From positions 5,332,001 through 5,396,000 of the forward strand of contig NC_081396.1 in NCBI RefSeq assembly GCF_030684315.1: a stretch of DNA of 64,000 nt. The letters are read 5' to 3'. The notes under the pieces are model-generated. The model made no database searches, was not told the origin of the DNA, and saw only the letters and a program-made list of their open reading frames with translations. Positions 13,079 to 25,584 of the stretch are shown one piece after another; the first letter of the stretch is position 1, and each line of letters starts with the position of its first letter. Both the position numbers and the translations under genes were made by a program. This DNA is from Stegostoma tigrinum. Lineage: Eukaryota.

Positions 13079-13169
13079 TGAACTCATAAACCTGCCTGTT
13101 TTGTACTGACGACAGCTCAATTTCAGCTTATTACTGTAGGAATTTTGAAATTGGCATAAAATTTCAAAA

Positions 13170-16100
13170 CCATAAGATCATTAGCTGTAGAAAAAAGAAC
13201 TTAAGACTTGGGCCCTTCAAGTCTTCTCCACTGTTGTTTGAATTCCAAAGTGTTCATCAGCTCATTCTCTTTCCTTTTCCCAGTAATCTTTGATTCTCTT
13301 GTTCAACAAAAACCTATCTATCTCTGTTTTAAACTTATCGAATGACTTGGCCTCCACAGCATTCTCCAACAGTGTGTTCCACATATTCACTACCCATTCT
13401 GAATGAATATATTCTTCCTGATCTCACTTCTGAAAAGTCGGGCCTTCAATAAGAGTCAATGCTGTCGGGTCTGAGGAACTCCAAATATTGGAAGATCCTC
13501 TTCACAGTCACACTATCCAGGTCTTTCAGTAATCGCTAAGTTTAAGGTAGATCTCACTTCATTCTTCGCAACTCTACTGATTACAGAATAAACACCGAAA
13601 GAACGGAAGATGTTGCAAATTAGGAACACAAACAAAGTTGCTGGAAAAGCTCAACAGGTATGGCAGTTTCTGTGAAGCAGAAAACAGAGTTAATGTTTCG
13701 GATCTGGGGACCTTTCTAAGGAAACTTTAATGTTCTGAGGAGACTAAACTTGAACTCTGCTTTCTCCTTCACAGATGCTGCCAGCCCTGCTGAGCTTTTT
13801 CAGCAACTTTGGTTTTGCTCTTCTGTATATTGATTACAGATCCACCATCCTCAACATGAAAAGCACTTTGTCTCCATGATCATTCCTGTAAACTTCCTCT
13901 GCATCCTTCCAAGACGAACACACACATCTTTATTTATGGGGCCCAAAACTGCTCACAATATTCTAAATGGGGTCTGAGCAGAGCCTTATAAAACATTTGC
14001 CGTAAACCCTTGTTCTTGTATTTCAGCTCTTGAAATGAATGCTAACATTGAAGTTACCTTCAACACTGACAACCGAACATGCATCTCAGCTTAAGGAGAT
14101 TCCTGAGCCTTGGCGCATTGGACCCTTGTGATTCAATTTCCAAAGCAATTTTATTTTTTATAAAATAGTGTTCTCCTCTATTCTTTGTACCAAAGTGCAT
14201 AACATCACGTTACCCCATGTTATATCCCATTTGACACTGCTATTCCCACTTTCCTAGCCTGTTGAAATCTTTCTACAGTCTCCCAGCAAAAACACTTAAG
14301 AGCACTCCCTATCCCAAAACTTTTCTTTGCATCACCTACAGGCTTCACAGTCATGAAATCAATTCCTACGTCCGGAGTATTAAAATATAACTTGAGCAGT
14401 TGTGGCCCCAGCTCTGACCCCTGTAGAATTCACTGGTCATCAGCTTCCATCAGGAAAGCGTTACTTTTATTATCACTTTCTGCCTTTTTCCAGTTGTCCA
14501 ATCAGATATGTATGCCTGTGCCTTGCCCGAGCCCCACTGGTCTTAATGGTGAAAGACGCCATTGGCATAACAGAACTTCAAGATAGTCAGGGCTGAAGTG
14601 ATTATGGTGGCCATCACCAAAGTGAACGTGCTGGAGATACTCAATTCAACTTCAATTATTCTGCCATTTTTTTTGTTCCCCGTGATGAATTGTACATTTC
14701 ATTTTCTCGTATTCCAATGTCCACTGTTGATCTCTCCTATTTGTTTAATATATCTAAACCAAAAAAAACTCTTTTATATCACCTACCAGCTTACGTTTTA
14801 ACTTCATCTTCTCCCCCTATTGATTTTTATTAAATTGAATTTATTTCGCAGCTCCTGTTCAGCAACATGTCAAAAGTTTTCTGGACATGCAAATTGATCA
14901 TATCATTCCTTTTTCTAAATTTCTCATTACCTTCTCAATGAATTCTGACAGATTTTTCAGGCATCACCTCCACTTGATGAAAGCGTGTTGGCGCAGCCCT
15001 ATTTTACCATGCACTTCTAAGTACTCCCCAGATCATAATAACGGACTCTAAAATCTTTCCAATGACTGAAGTCAAGATAACCAGCCCATAATTGCCCGTC
15101 TTTCCACTCCCACTCTTCTCAAAGAGGGGTGTTACGTTAGCCATTTTCCAAACCTCTGGGAATCTCCATGACTCAAGCAAGTCCTGAAAGATCAACAGAA
15201 ATGCCAACACTTTCAGACCCCTGGGATGTGATCTATTCATTCTGGGTGATGTATCCACCTTCAGAACTTTGAGTATCTCCAGCATGTTCACTTTGGTGAT
15301 GGCCACCATAATCACTTCAGCCCTGACTATCTTGAAGTTCTGTTATGCCAATGGTGTCTTTCACCATTAAGACCGATGTAAAGTACCTATTTAATTATTC
15401 TGCCATTTCTTTGTTCTCCGTGATGAATTGTACATTTCTTTTTCACGTATTCCAATGTCAACTGTTGATCTCTCCTATTTGTTTCATATATCTAAACAAA
15501 AAAACTCTTTTATATCACCTACCAGCTTACGTTTTTACTTCATCTTCTTCCCCTATTGATTTTTTAAAAATTGTCCTCAGAGAGTTTTTTAAAGGCATCA
15601 CAATCCTGTGCTTTCCATTAATATTCATAACACTGTTCACATTCAGCATTTTCTGATTTGTTTTTGTGCTGTCTCTGACATTCCTTGTCAGCCATAGTTG
15701 TCTCATCTTCCCCTCAACGTGGTTTCTCTTCCTCCGAATAAATTTCTCTTGTGCCTCCCGAATTACCCCAACGAAACTTATGCCTCTGTTACACTATCGT
15801 GTTCCCTGCTACACTCCACCTAAGATCAGCTCTGGCCAAGACCTCCTTCATAAAATAATTACACCAAATTTCAGCTCTTTTATCTTAAATGGTAAAGTAG
15901 TTTTTTTTACATATTATGGTTCCTGTTTCCTAGGCTTTCCGTCATTTTAAGCTCCCTTTCGAGTCTGCTTCATTACACATCGCCATTTGCAGAACTCCCT
16001 GTTCCCGACCACAAGCAGCTCTTAAAAGCCATTTTGTAGATATTCTACGTATTCCATTCCTTGGGAACCAATAACAAACTAATTTCACCAGTCAATTTGT

Positions 16101-16690
16101 GTATTGAATTTCCCCATGATTGCTGAAAAAGTGTCTTTCTTGCATGCACTTTCTAACTCTTGATTAATTTTTTACTCTCTGGTGAGGTCTTTCCATAAAT
16201 CTCGACATGGCCTTTTTATTTCCTTTGTTGTTTCTCAACTCTATCACACACATTTTACACCTTCTCGCCCGATATCACTTTTTTTTTCTCTTCACTTAAG
16301 TTAATTTCTTACGAAAAGGTAAACCCACCACTTTTCCCATTTGCATGTCCTTTCCAAAGCCTGTGTATTACTGGATATTTTGATTCAGCCCTGATCCTCC
16401 TGCAACCAAGTGCTTGTGATGTCCACAAAATCATACCTTCAACCTGTGCTACAAACTCATGTACATCATTTTGTATTCTGATCCTATTTAAATACAACAC
16501 ACTCAGCTCTGCATTGAAAGCATACCACTCATAAATGTCTGCTGCATCTGAAGTTAGATTTCAGGCACTTTCAAAAATTTCTTTTCCATTACATGTTTTG
16601 GTATCCTGATTAATCTCGTCTGACCCTTTTCATTTTTTTCACTTTTTCCTTAGCTTTCCTCACAATTGAACCTACCCACCCCTTATCAAT
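13170..16690 (-). mobile_element. Rearranged, decayed CR1-clade LINE with nested hairpin element
   Basis: Minus-strand ORF 15004-15315 (LKVDTSPRMNRSHPRGLK...WKMANVTPLFEKSGSGKTGNYGLVILTSVIGKILES); 3' end near 13170. A hairpin element at 13588-13830 is flanked by the duplicated TGATTACAGA. Confidence 0.8.
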
Positions 16691-16778
16691 ATGTTCAGGC
16701 TGCATTCAACCCAAAAGTAGAGGAAAAATTATCCATTACTGAATCTACAGTATGATGTGTTTTGTCAGTGTATTTTAT

Positions 16779-16891
16779 GATAAGATATGATTTGATATGA
16801 TACGATGCAATACGATACGATGCAATACGACAATGATACGACACGATTTTGATACGATACGATACGATACGATATGATATGATATGATATG
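16779..16891 (+). repeat. (GATAC/GATAT)n pentanucleotide microsatellite
   Basis: Directly visible tandem repeat. Confidence 0.95.
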
Positions 16892-17322
16892 CTGGAACGT
16901 GTACTAAGTATACTTGTGAAGAAAGCAGTAGTTTAACACAGGCAACGGCAACCACACTCTCTACCACACGAAACGGCAACCTCCTGGAAGCAATACACAA
17001 ACTGCCATTCAAAGCCCACGCAATCTGGATATGGTAACAAACTAGCAAGTTCCTTAGAGAAAGCAGCTTTTCAAATGAAATGAAAGCAATGAAAATATCT
17101 TTTCATTATCCAGCAACCAGTATTTCATTTAGATTCTTCTCCACTTTTAAGAAGTGAGCATCTGCCTCCAGTGTTCTTGTGCCATGTGCCAAATGGTCAG
17201 GAGATGAGCTGGAAACAAAAGAAACTAGGACACAGAAAATGCTGGCTACCTTTCCGAAATCTCCTTTAAAAAAAACTGTTCAAACTGTGCGCTGATGATT
17301 TCTCATCTCTTTTCAGGTTACA

Positions 17323-17411
17323 ATGTTTATTTAACAGGAGACTGAGAGGAGTAACATTGTGTAATGATTACTATACGGATGAATGCAGAACGTTGGTGAC
17401 TGTCGAAGCTG
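17323..17411 (+). pseudogene. NAR-TCR J segment (cassette 2), degenerate; coding 17362-17411
   Basis: Heptamer CATTGTG (17355-17361), 22/23-nt spacer, weak nonamer (A)TGTTTATT(T). Reads NDYYTDECRTLVTVEA followed by G|GTAAGT, so the DGSGT motif has become DECRT. Both flanks align with the J at 62069-62118. Confidence 0.85.
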
Positions 17412-18612
17412 GTAAGTGACTCCACACAGCACCTTATTGTCTGCCATCTCATATAACTTTGCATTGAGTATTAGAATCTTTAGTTGCAAAGAAACTTCAA
17501 CAAACCTCTTCTGAGTTATCTTCTCTGTCACAGTTTCTGAATTATTAGCAGATCAGGAGAGTCAAGGTCTGATTTGATCAGAGGAAAGTATGTATCAGAC
17601 CTAGCCCTGAGCCTGTGGTTTCACATTAGCTGGGTCATTATTAATTTACAGGTCAATAGTGGGCCACCATGAATAGTGGAGAACACAGACCCCAGGAACA
17701 CGAATGACACTTTGTGTCAGTCAGAGACTGTCTTCCTGTAGGATTGCCTCAGAGAGAGAAGGAGGGTGAGCGTCGCCATATTTTGAGAACATTGCTTAAA
17801 AAGGAGAAGGCTTTTATTTTGACACTCACATTCTCATTTTTAAAACGTCAGACCTAAGTATAGAACTGACAACATTTTTCTACGTCAATGTAGATGCATT
17901 TTGGATGTCACTAAAACAGTGACTGGTTTGTGGAAATTAAGCTGCTACAGGATACAATTCAAACGGGGTTTTATCGGAGAATGGGTAGAATGCTCATTCA
18001 GAACCTGCAAAAAAACAAATGTGACAATTTCTGGAGCATTGTCGAAAGTACATCGCATCACCACAAAGTTTGGTGGGCTATGTGGAGGGAAGAGCATGAG
18101 CCGTTTACAGCGTAGAATGGAGGGTAAAAGTTTGCTCTCTTGACTTGATGACAAATCGATTTTTTTTGGAGCAAGTCCTGTTAAGATTCATTCGGCAGTC
18201 TCCTGAAAAGTTTTTTTTTCTCCTTTGTGAAGTGATTGTTCAATCTGAGCTGCATTGATTCGAGTTTAGAAGAAGGAAAATGATCTAATTTAAAGATATG
18301 GAACTGTTCAGGGATAGATATTGGGTGGAATTTAATCTATGCTAAATAGGCTACACAGGGATCACAGTTTGAGATTAAGAGATCGGCAATAAGAGCTGCA
18401 AAGATTTGTAATAATTCAGTCAAACTGTTATCTTGAATCTGCAACACTCTCGAACTGAAAAATATAGCTGAAGCTGATAGCCCAAATATTTTCGCTTGGT
18501 CTCTCTTCTCTGAGGACTAGAGAAGCTCGATGAGATTTCGTGGCAATATTGCATACAATGGGCTAGTCAATGGGGTGAATGAGACAGACCCAAAAACAAT
18601 GGAATATCAATG

Positions 18613-20640
18613 GAATAAATGGACACATTAGAAATGTGGAGCTTATTCAAGGAAAAGCCCCTGTGTGTCCTAGATAAGATAAGGCAGGGAGGAAGCTGTA
18701 AAGCTCGGGAGCCGTGTTTTACGAAGGGGTGGAATCTCTGGTCAAGAGGAAGAAGAAGGCTTATGTTAGGATGAGATGTGAAGGCTCAGTTAGGGCGCTT
18801 GAGGGCTACGCGGTAGCCAGGAAAGACCGAAAGAGAGAGCTCAGAACAGTCAGGAGGAGACTCGAGAAGTTGTTGGCGGATAGGATCACGGTAAACCCTA
18901 AGGCTTTCTATAGGTATTTAAGGAGTAAAAGAATGATGAAAGTAAGATTAGGGCCAATCAATGATAGTTGTGCTACGTTGTGTGTGGAGTGAGAGGAGAT
19001 AGGGGAAGCACTAAATGAATATTTTTCAACAGTATTCACTCTAGAAAACGACAATGTTGTCAAGGAGAATACTGAGATACAGGCTACTAGACTAGGTGGG
19101 ATTGAGGTTCACAAGGAAGAGGTATTAGAAATCCTACACAGGGTTAAATGCCTTTGGCATTGATCTTTAACTCGTCATTGTCTACAGGAATAGTGCCAGA
19201 TGACTGGAGGATAGCAAATGTGGTTCCCCTGTTCAAGAAGGGGAGTAGAGACAACCCCGGTAATTATAGACCAGTGAGCCTTACCTCAGTTGTTGGTAAA
19301 GTGTTGGAAAAGGTTATAAGGGATAGGATTTATCATCATCTAGAAAAGATTAAATTGATTAGGGAAAGTCAGCACGATTTTGTGAGGGGAAGGTTGTGCC
19401 TCACAAGCCTTATTGAGTTCTTCGAGAAGGTGACCAAACAGGTAGATGAGAGTAAACCGGTTGATGTGGTGTATATGGATTTCACCAAGGCGTTCGATAA
19501 GGTTCCCCACAGTAGGCAATTGTACAAAATGCGGAGGAATGGAATTGTGGGAGATATAGCAGTTTGGATCAGAAATTGGCTTGCTGAAAGAAGACAGAGT
19601 GTGGTAGTTGATGGGAAATGTTCATCCTGGAGACCAGTTACTAGTAGTGTACCGCAAGGGTCGGTGTTGGGTCCACTGCTGTTTGTCATTTTTATGAATG
19701 ACCTGGATGAGGACATAGAAGGATGGGTTAGTAAATTTGCAGACGACACTAAGGTCGGTGGAGTTATGGATAGTGATGAATGATGCTGTAGGTTGTAGAG
19801 AGACATAGATAAGCTGCAGACCTGGGCTGAGAGGTGGCAAATGGAGTTTAATGTAAACAAGTGTGAGGTGATGCACTTTGGTAGGAGTAACCAGAAGGAA
19901 AAGTACAGGGCTAATGGTAAGATTCTTAGTCGTGTAGATGAGCAGAGAGATCTCGGTGTCCATGTACACAGATCCTTGAAAGTTGCCACCCAGGTTGACA
20001 GGGCTGTTGAGAAGGCATACAGTGTTTTAGCTTTTATTAATAGAGGGATCGAGTTCTGGAACCAAGAGGTTATGGTGAAGCTGTACAAAACTCTGGTGCG
20101 GCCGCACTTGGAGTATTGTGTACAGTTCTGGTCACCGCATTATAAGAAGGATGTGGAAGCTTTGGAAAGGGTGCACAGGAGATTTACTAGGATGTTGCCT
20201 GGTATGGAGGGAAGGTCTTACGAGGAAAGTGGCTGAGGGACTTGAGGCTGCTTTCATTAGAGAGAAGAAGGTTGAGGGGTGACTTAATTGAAACACATAA
20301 AATAATCAGAGGGTTGGATAGGGTGGATGGGGGGAGCCTTTTTCCTAGGATGGTGACAACGAGCACGAGGGGGCATAGCTTTAAATTGAGGGGTGAAAAA
20401 TATAGGACAGATGTCAGAGATGGTTTCTTTACTCAGAGAGTAGTAAGGGAATGGAAGGCTTTGCCTGCAACGGTAGTAGATTCGCCAACTTTAGGTACAT
20501 TTTATTCGCCATTGGATAAGCATATGGGCGTACATGGAATAATGTCAGTTAAACGGGCTTGAGATCGGTATGACAGCTTGGCACAACATCGAGGGCCGAA
20601 GGGCCTGTACTGTGCCGTAATGTTCTATGTCTATGTCTAT
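18613..20640 (+). mobile_element. Young 5'-truncated CR1 LINE (ORF2 reverse transcriptase) with TATCAATG target-site duplication
   Basis: ORFs 19148-19783, 19841-20236 and 20242-20562 carry [40 protein letters not shown] and LVRPHLEYCVQFW. It ends in a (TCTATG)n tail. TATCAATG occurs at 18605-18612 and 20638-20645. Confidence 0.97.
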
Positions 20641-22120
20641 CAATGTATCATGCTCAATGTTACAACAATTCAAGTCATGAAGGTGGAGAAATTCAGAAAC
20701 TGTCGTGGTGAAATGAGGAACACGTTACCAGAGTGATTAGAGCACATTGTATTGAGTCATTCATGGAAAGATTTGACAACACAGAGATGAGAACAGAATA
20801 GACATACACAGTGTGCTGGATAGACAATTTAAATTAGGTTTCGTTCGAGGTCAGGCGTATTAATATATGCACGAGCATATCAGTTGGGATGAATAACCTG
20901 ATTCCTAACTTGATACTTCATGCAAACTTAAAAAGAAAAAGCCCACTCCCAGTGCACAGAAGTAAACGAATTGATTCAGAAATTGAAATTTAGGGAGAAC
21001 TGAAGGAGAGTTCCCAATCAGTAACAACAGTTCGACACCACCAACTCCCCCGCCCCCGACTCATCCCTCAAGAAATATTACAGGTTGAACACAATCTATG
21101 ACTGAGCTATGCTGGCGCAGATTACCAAGTCTGCAAAGAAAGAAAAAATGCACAAAGGAAAAGCAGAAAAGAAAACGATGTTACTCGGAAATATTTCACG
21201 TTGGTGGTAATCAGGAAAGAGACTCGATTTGGAAATGAAACATAATGTAGATGAAAAATCTGTTAGCATCTCCTTCAAAAACAAAAATGTAAATAAATGT
21301 ATATAGTTAAGTTAATGGTACTGCTCAAACACAGCATTTATTTTGGATTTTGCTGAGCACATTGATGCAACACAGTTAGATTACGATTGGGCAGTTATTT
21401 ATGGAAATTGATTATAAAGTGATAGATCCATGCGGCATGGAAACATGGCATTTCATCCAAATGGTCAGGGTAGACAAGGGATCGTAAACTGAAGTAGTCC
21501 CATTTCCCTGAGTTTGGCCCATATCCCTTGAAATATTTCTTATTTCTGTATTTGTCTAAATGTCTTTTAAATGTTTTAACTGTACCTGTATCTAATACGT
21601 CCTCCAGCAATTCATTTCATATCTCTTTCCCGTTTCACCGTAAGTCTGTGCTTTTCAGCTTTCAAAGTTAGTATAATGTGTTCCCTCGGATTTGTCTATC
21701 AACAGAATAAATAGAAACAGAAATAAAACTTACATCACAGAGCATACATGATAGCATTCAGTGCCACGTGTGGTTACTGTTCTCTTCAGGGTTCTTTGCA
21801 ACTATTCCCATGGTACATGTCTTCTCCCCAGAACGCTGTATTTTCTGCTTGATTCTGCTGCCGTTGATTACCTATTTGAAATTACTGCTGAAACAGTTTC
21901 GACCATCAGTTTTGACAATGTATTCCACATTTTAAGAAATAAAAACATAAAAGAAAATGTCACTTCAGTGCCTCATTGGTTCATATTTCAATAAGAGAAA
22001 ATAGATTCAAATTGACTACTAACAATTTGAATTGTCTCAAAACAGAACAGTTTTGGTGATTTACAATTTCTCCATGTAACAGAGGCTGGATAAGTAATAA
22101 TGTTGCATATCATCTCACAG

Positions 22121-22431
22121 ATTCCAATTCACTGGGGTCCCAGACTCCACCTCTACAAACCTCTGCTGCGGGTGACACCAATACTTTAAGCTGTGATTAT
22201 CCATGGTTCTGTCAGTAAACAATTTACTGGTACAGTCAGTCATCAGGACAAGCTCCGAAATACCTCCTTCAAAGAAACACATCAGAAAGAGCAGAGTGAA
22301 GAGACTGCTTCTGGAGTACGAGCTTCTGCTTCTATTGATCCTTGGACTGAAATAGATCAGTTAATTATCTCTCGAATACCAGTCAGTGATTCTGCTGTTT
22401 ATTACTGTGCACGGAGTCGGCGCTCAGCACA
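22121..22431 (+). pseudogene. Supporting TCR-delta V (leaderless partner V of NAR-TCR), pseudogene
   Basis: After the acceptor ctcacag, phase 1: DSNSLGSQTPPLQTSAAGDTNTLSCDYPWFCQ*TIYWYSQSSGQAPKYLLQRNTS / EQSEETASGVRASASIDPWTEIDQLIISRIPVSDSAVYYCARSRRSA. It has the diagnostic extra Cys in CDR1, a TAA at 22216-22218 and a +1 frameshift near 22285. No leader exon was seen upstream, and its phase matches the J donor at 17412. Confidence 0.92.
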
Positions 22432-22592
22432 CTCAGTGATACAGTGCACGGAGAGAAATATACAAAAACCTGAACATGGTGGGGATTACCAACACGGCGA
22501 TACAGAGCTGGAATTCAGCTGTACAAAAACCAAAACACGGTGGGGAATACTGACACCGTGATACAGAGCTGGGGAAAAGCTGGTTAAAAAAA
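22432..22592 (+). repeat. Three tandem 23-RSSs at a 61-bp period with D-delta-like inter-RSS cores
   Basis: CTCAGTG(22432)-23-ACAAAAACC(22462); CACGGCG(22493)-23-ACAAAAACC(22523); CACCGTG(22554)-23-TTAAAAAAA(22584). The 22-nt linkers are tgaacatggtggggattaccaa and aaaacacggtggggaatactga. Confidence 0.85.
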
Positions 22593-22596
22593 AACT

Positions 22597-22805
22597 TCAG
22601 AGATAGTAGGAACTGCAGCTGCTGGAGAATCTGAGAAAACGAAATGTAGAGCTGGATAAACACAGCAGACCAAGCAGCATCAGAGGAACAGGAAAGCTGA
22701 CGTTTCGGGCCTAGACCCTTCTTCAGAAATGGGGGGTGGGAAGGGGATTCTGAAATAAATAGGGAGAGAGGGGGACGTGGATAGAAAACGGATAAAGGAG
22801 AGAGA
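22597..22805 (-). mobile_element. Penelope-like element terminus
   Basis: gagatagtaggaactgcagctgctggagaatc...gctgacgtttcgggcctagacccttc is the reverse complement of the family terminus at 12950-13078. It begins immediately after the third RSS. Confidence 0.85.
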
Positions 22806-25584
22806 ATTTACAGCAAAAAGAAAGAGGGCCCGACGCATGTTAAACTGATAAAATCTTATGTAACATAATTATTGCTAAAATCAAGTCAATTATTAACATT
22901 GACGGGGTTTGGTGCAATATTTAACATTAGTATTCAATTAATATAAAGTCTGGCATAATGGGAAAAATAATATGGCCCCATGCTATAATAGCTGTGGTTT
23001 GGTGCATTTGTACAGAAGCAGAAACAGCAACTATCACAATAATATTTGAGACATTACTGATTTTTAAAAGATAGATACGATTCATGGAGTTCAAACTGGA
23101 ATGCTGTGCATGGAATTCATCAAGGAATCTCGGACCTTTACAAAAATATTCAGATGGATGCACGTAAAATTACACTGTTAGACTTTTGAATAAGTTCATG
23201 AATCGGAAGGTGAGGAGAGATATGGGCCAAGAACAAACAGATGAGTGTTTAATTTGAAAACATGTTCTGTGTGAACTGGTTGGGCCTAAGGATCTGTTTC
23301 CATGCTGTCTGATCTATGAACACAAAGTGATATTGGCTCTTGTGCGATAATCAATAAAGACAGTCAAGTAGAATTATGCTGAAGATAGAACTTGAACAGA
23401 CTTAGCAATATTTACAGAGTGTAAGCTTACTGTGACAATCAATGACGTAGGGACGTTTAAAAATATAACGTGTTCTTTGATGAATACAATCCGAACCACA
23501 GGCATATTCATAATGCATGGGGGCAGGGGTAGAGGGCAGTATTGTTCAGATTCTTTCAACAAAAAGTTGTCGAAAGACCGACACAGGACGATGCTAAATT
23601 GATAATTAAGGAGAAAGATTAGTGAAATAATTATCAGGTTGACGATCACGGGCACAACCACACCTCCAAATCAAAAGGTAAAGAATAGTTAAATAATAAT
23701 GGGTACCTTGTAGAGCCCTGATAGAATTATGGCTTGCTGAAATAATTGCACGGTCCAGAACTTGTACAGTGTCATCAGAGCCAGTTAATAAACAAGCAAA
23801 GAGAGAATATCCTCTATAAATCTCAGATACTAAGGATTGCATAATGATAATCACGGCCTAGTGAAAAATTAACGCAGGCAGAATGCAGGGAATTCGTCCA
23901 ATTAAATCAATGACAATCTCAATATTAATGAGGGCCCTAATTTTATTACCAAGTTAAATCACGTCAGTTTAGGATCAAAATGGATCTAAAAGTTGTGATC
24001 CATTTTCTCGTACATTCCATACTGATTATAAATAGCTCAGATGGGGATAAGTTACTTAAGATGTGAAAATTGCAGCCCTTTATTAAACAGGCATGAATCA
24101 CTGGTTAATCGTGTGCAATCTGGTGACTATTGGGAAGCTGGAGGAAGGGTCCCTGTATACAAAAATGGAGGAGGCCAAAAAATCAGTGCTGAAGGCAAGT
24201 CTGAACTGTTTGCTACCTATTTACTCAGAAGTACTGAGTGGACAATCGTCTTAGTTTTCTCCTGCGGTCCCAACATTAGATTAAGGCTGCATATTACATC
24301 AGCAAAATATCTTTCCCATTATCATCAATTCATCATGCAATGATGTCTGATCTTTGACCTGTTGACCTAAATACTTCCTTCACTTGCGTGAAAGCTGGTA
24401 GCGACTCGTGAACAAGGAGCCCAAGATCTGTCAAAAGACTGGCACATCACATACTTCACCATTTGAGAAACACTGTGCCTTCTACATTTCCAACCAATGC
24501 GGATAACGTCACAATTTGACATATTATCTACCGTCTGCCATATTCATTCCCGTAGAGTTAGCTCGCTTCAGCCGAATTGAATTCTCCCTGTAGCTAACAT
24601 ATAACACTAGTTATATGGCATCAGAAATTTTAGAAATATTATGATTAATATGACCATTTTAGAGACTGTCGAGCTCTGTAGCCCCAATACAAACTCTTGA
24701 GGCTTTCCCATTACTAACAGTCGGCTATCCTGGGTATAATTCAATTCTTTCTATTGCTTGATTTCTACGTGCTTATTCATCACAGCAGATTAACATCAAC
24801 ATGTTGCTCTCTAAAGGTACTTGCAGTCTTTCTGTGTAGGGTCTTATCAATAACTTTCAAATGTCAGAATACAGCACACCCACTGGATCTCCTTCATCGG
24901 TGCTGCAATCAAAATCCACAAAACAAATTCCAGTGAATTTGTCAAAATTTATTTTCCTTTTCTGAGTCGATTTTGACTCAGTGCAGCACGGTATTGTTTT
25001 CTAAGCGTCCACTTGTCATATCCCTTATCATATCACCTGAAATGCGCTTATTTCTGACACTGAACAGTCTGTGGTTCCAATTTTCTAATACTCCCCTTTT
25101 TAAATAGTCGGGTTGCTTTACATTTTTTTTAATCCCCAAGAATCTTTCTGGAATTTATCAAGTTTCGAACGACAGCCATCAATGCACTCATTGTCTTTCC
25201 ACCCACTTCATTCAAGACTCTGCGGCGCTGCCCATTTGGCCCAGGGATTTATCAACCTGTAGTGCAAGAAGTATTCTATTCTCACGTAACAACGGATTTG
25301 TATGCATTAGCCTGTCCCTCGTGTGTCATGTTATATTGGTGAAACGTAACTTCAAATGGTTGATCTTTAAACAGAGATGAATGTTAAGATAACCATTGAA
25401 TGAAAATCTTTAAATCAGCTAATACCTAAAGGCACGAGGTAAGGATTCTCTACAAAGCAGAGAATGACTGAGACAGCCATCTATTTAGACATACTGCCTG
25501 AATTCGTATTTTGTTGTCTGGACTCCAGGTAAAGAGATGGCAAAACACATGGAAGGTGATTTCAGAACTTTAAAACGAAAAATC

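Noticed and set aside
19369-20088. 239-aa minus-strand ORF
   Set aside because: Antisense shadow of the CR1 reverse transcriptase.
22432-22592. Reading the 61-bp periodic repeat as a CRISPR-like array
   Set aside because: This is a vertebrate locus, there are only three units, and each unit parses exactly as heptamer-23-nonamer.
23615-23685. J-like sequence ending ctccaaatcaaaag|gtaaag
   Set aside because: No FGXG motif in a single frame and no RSS.
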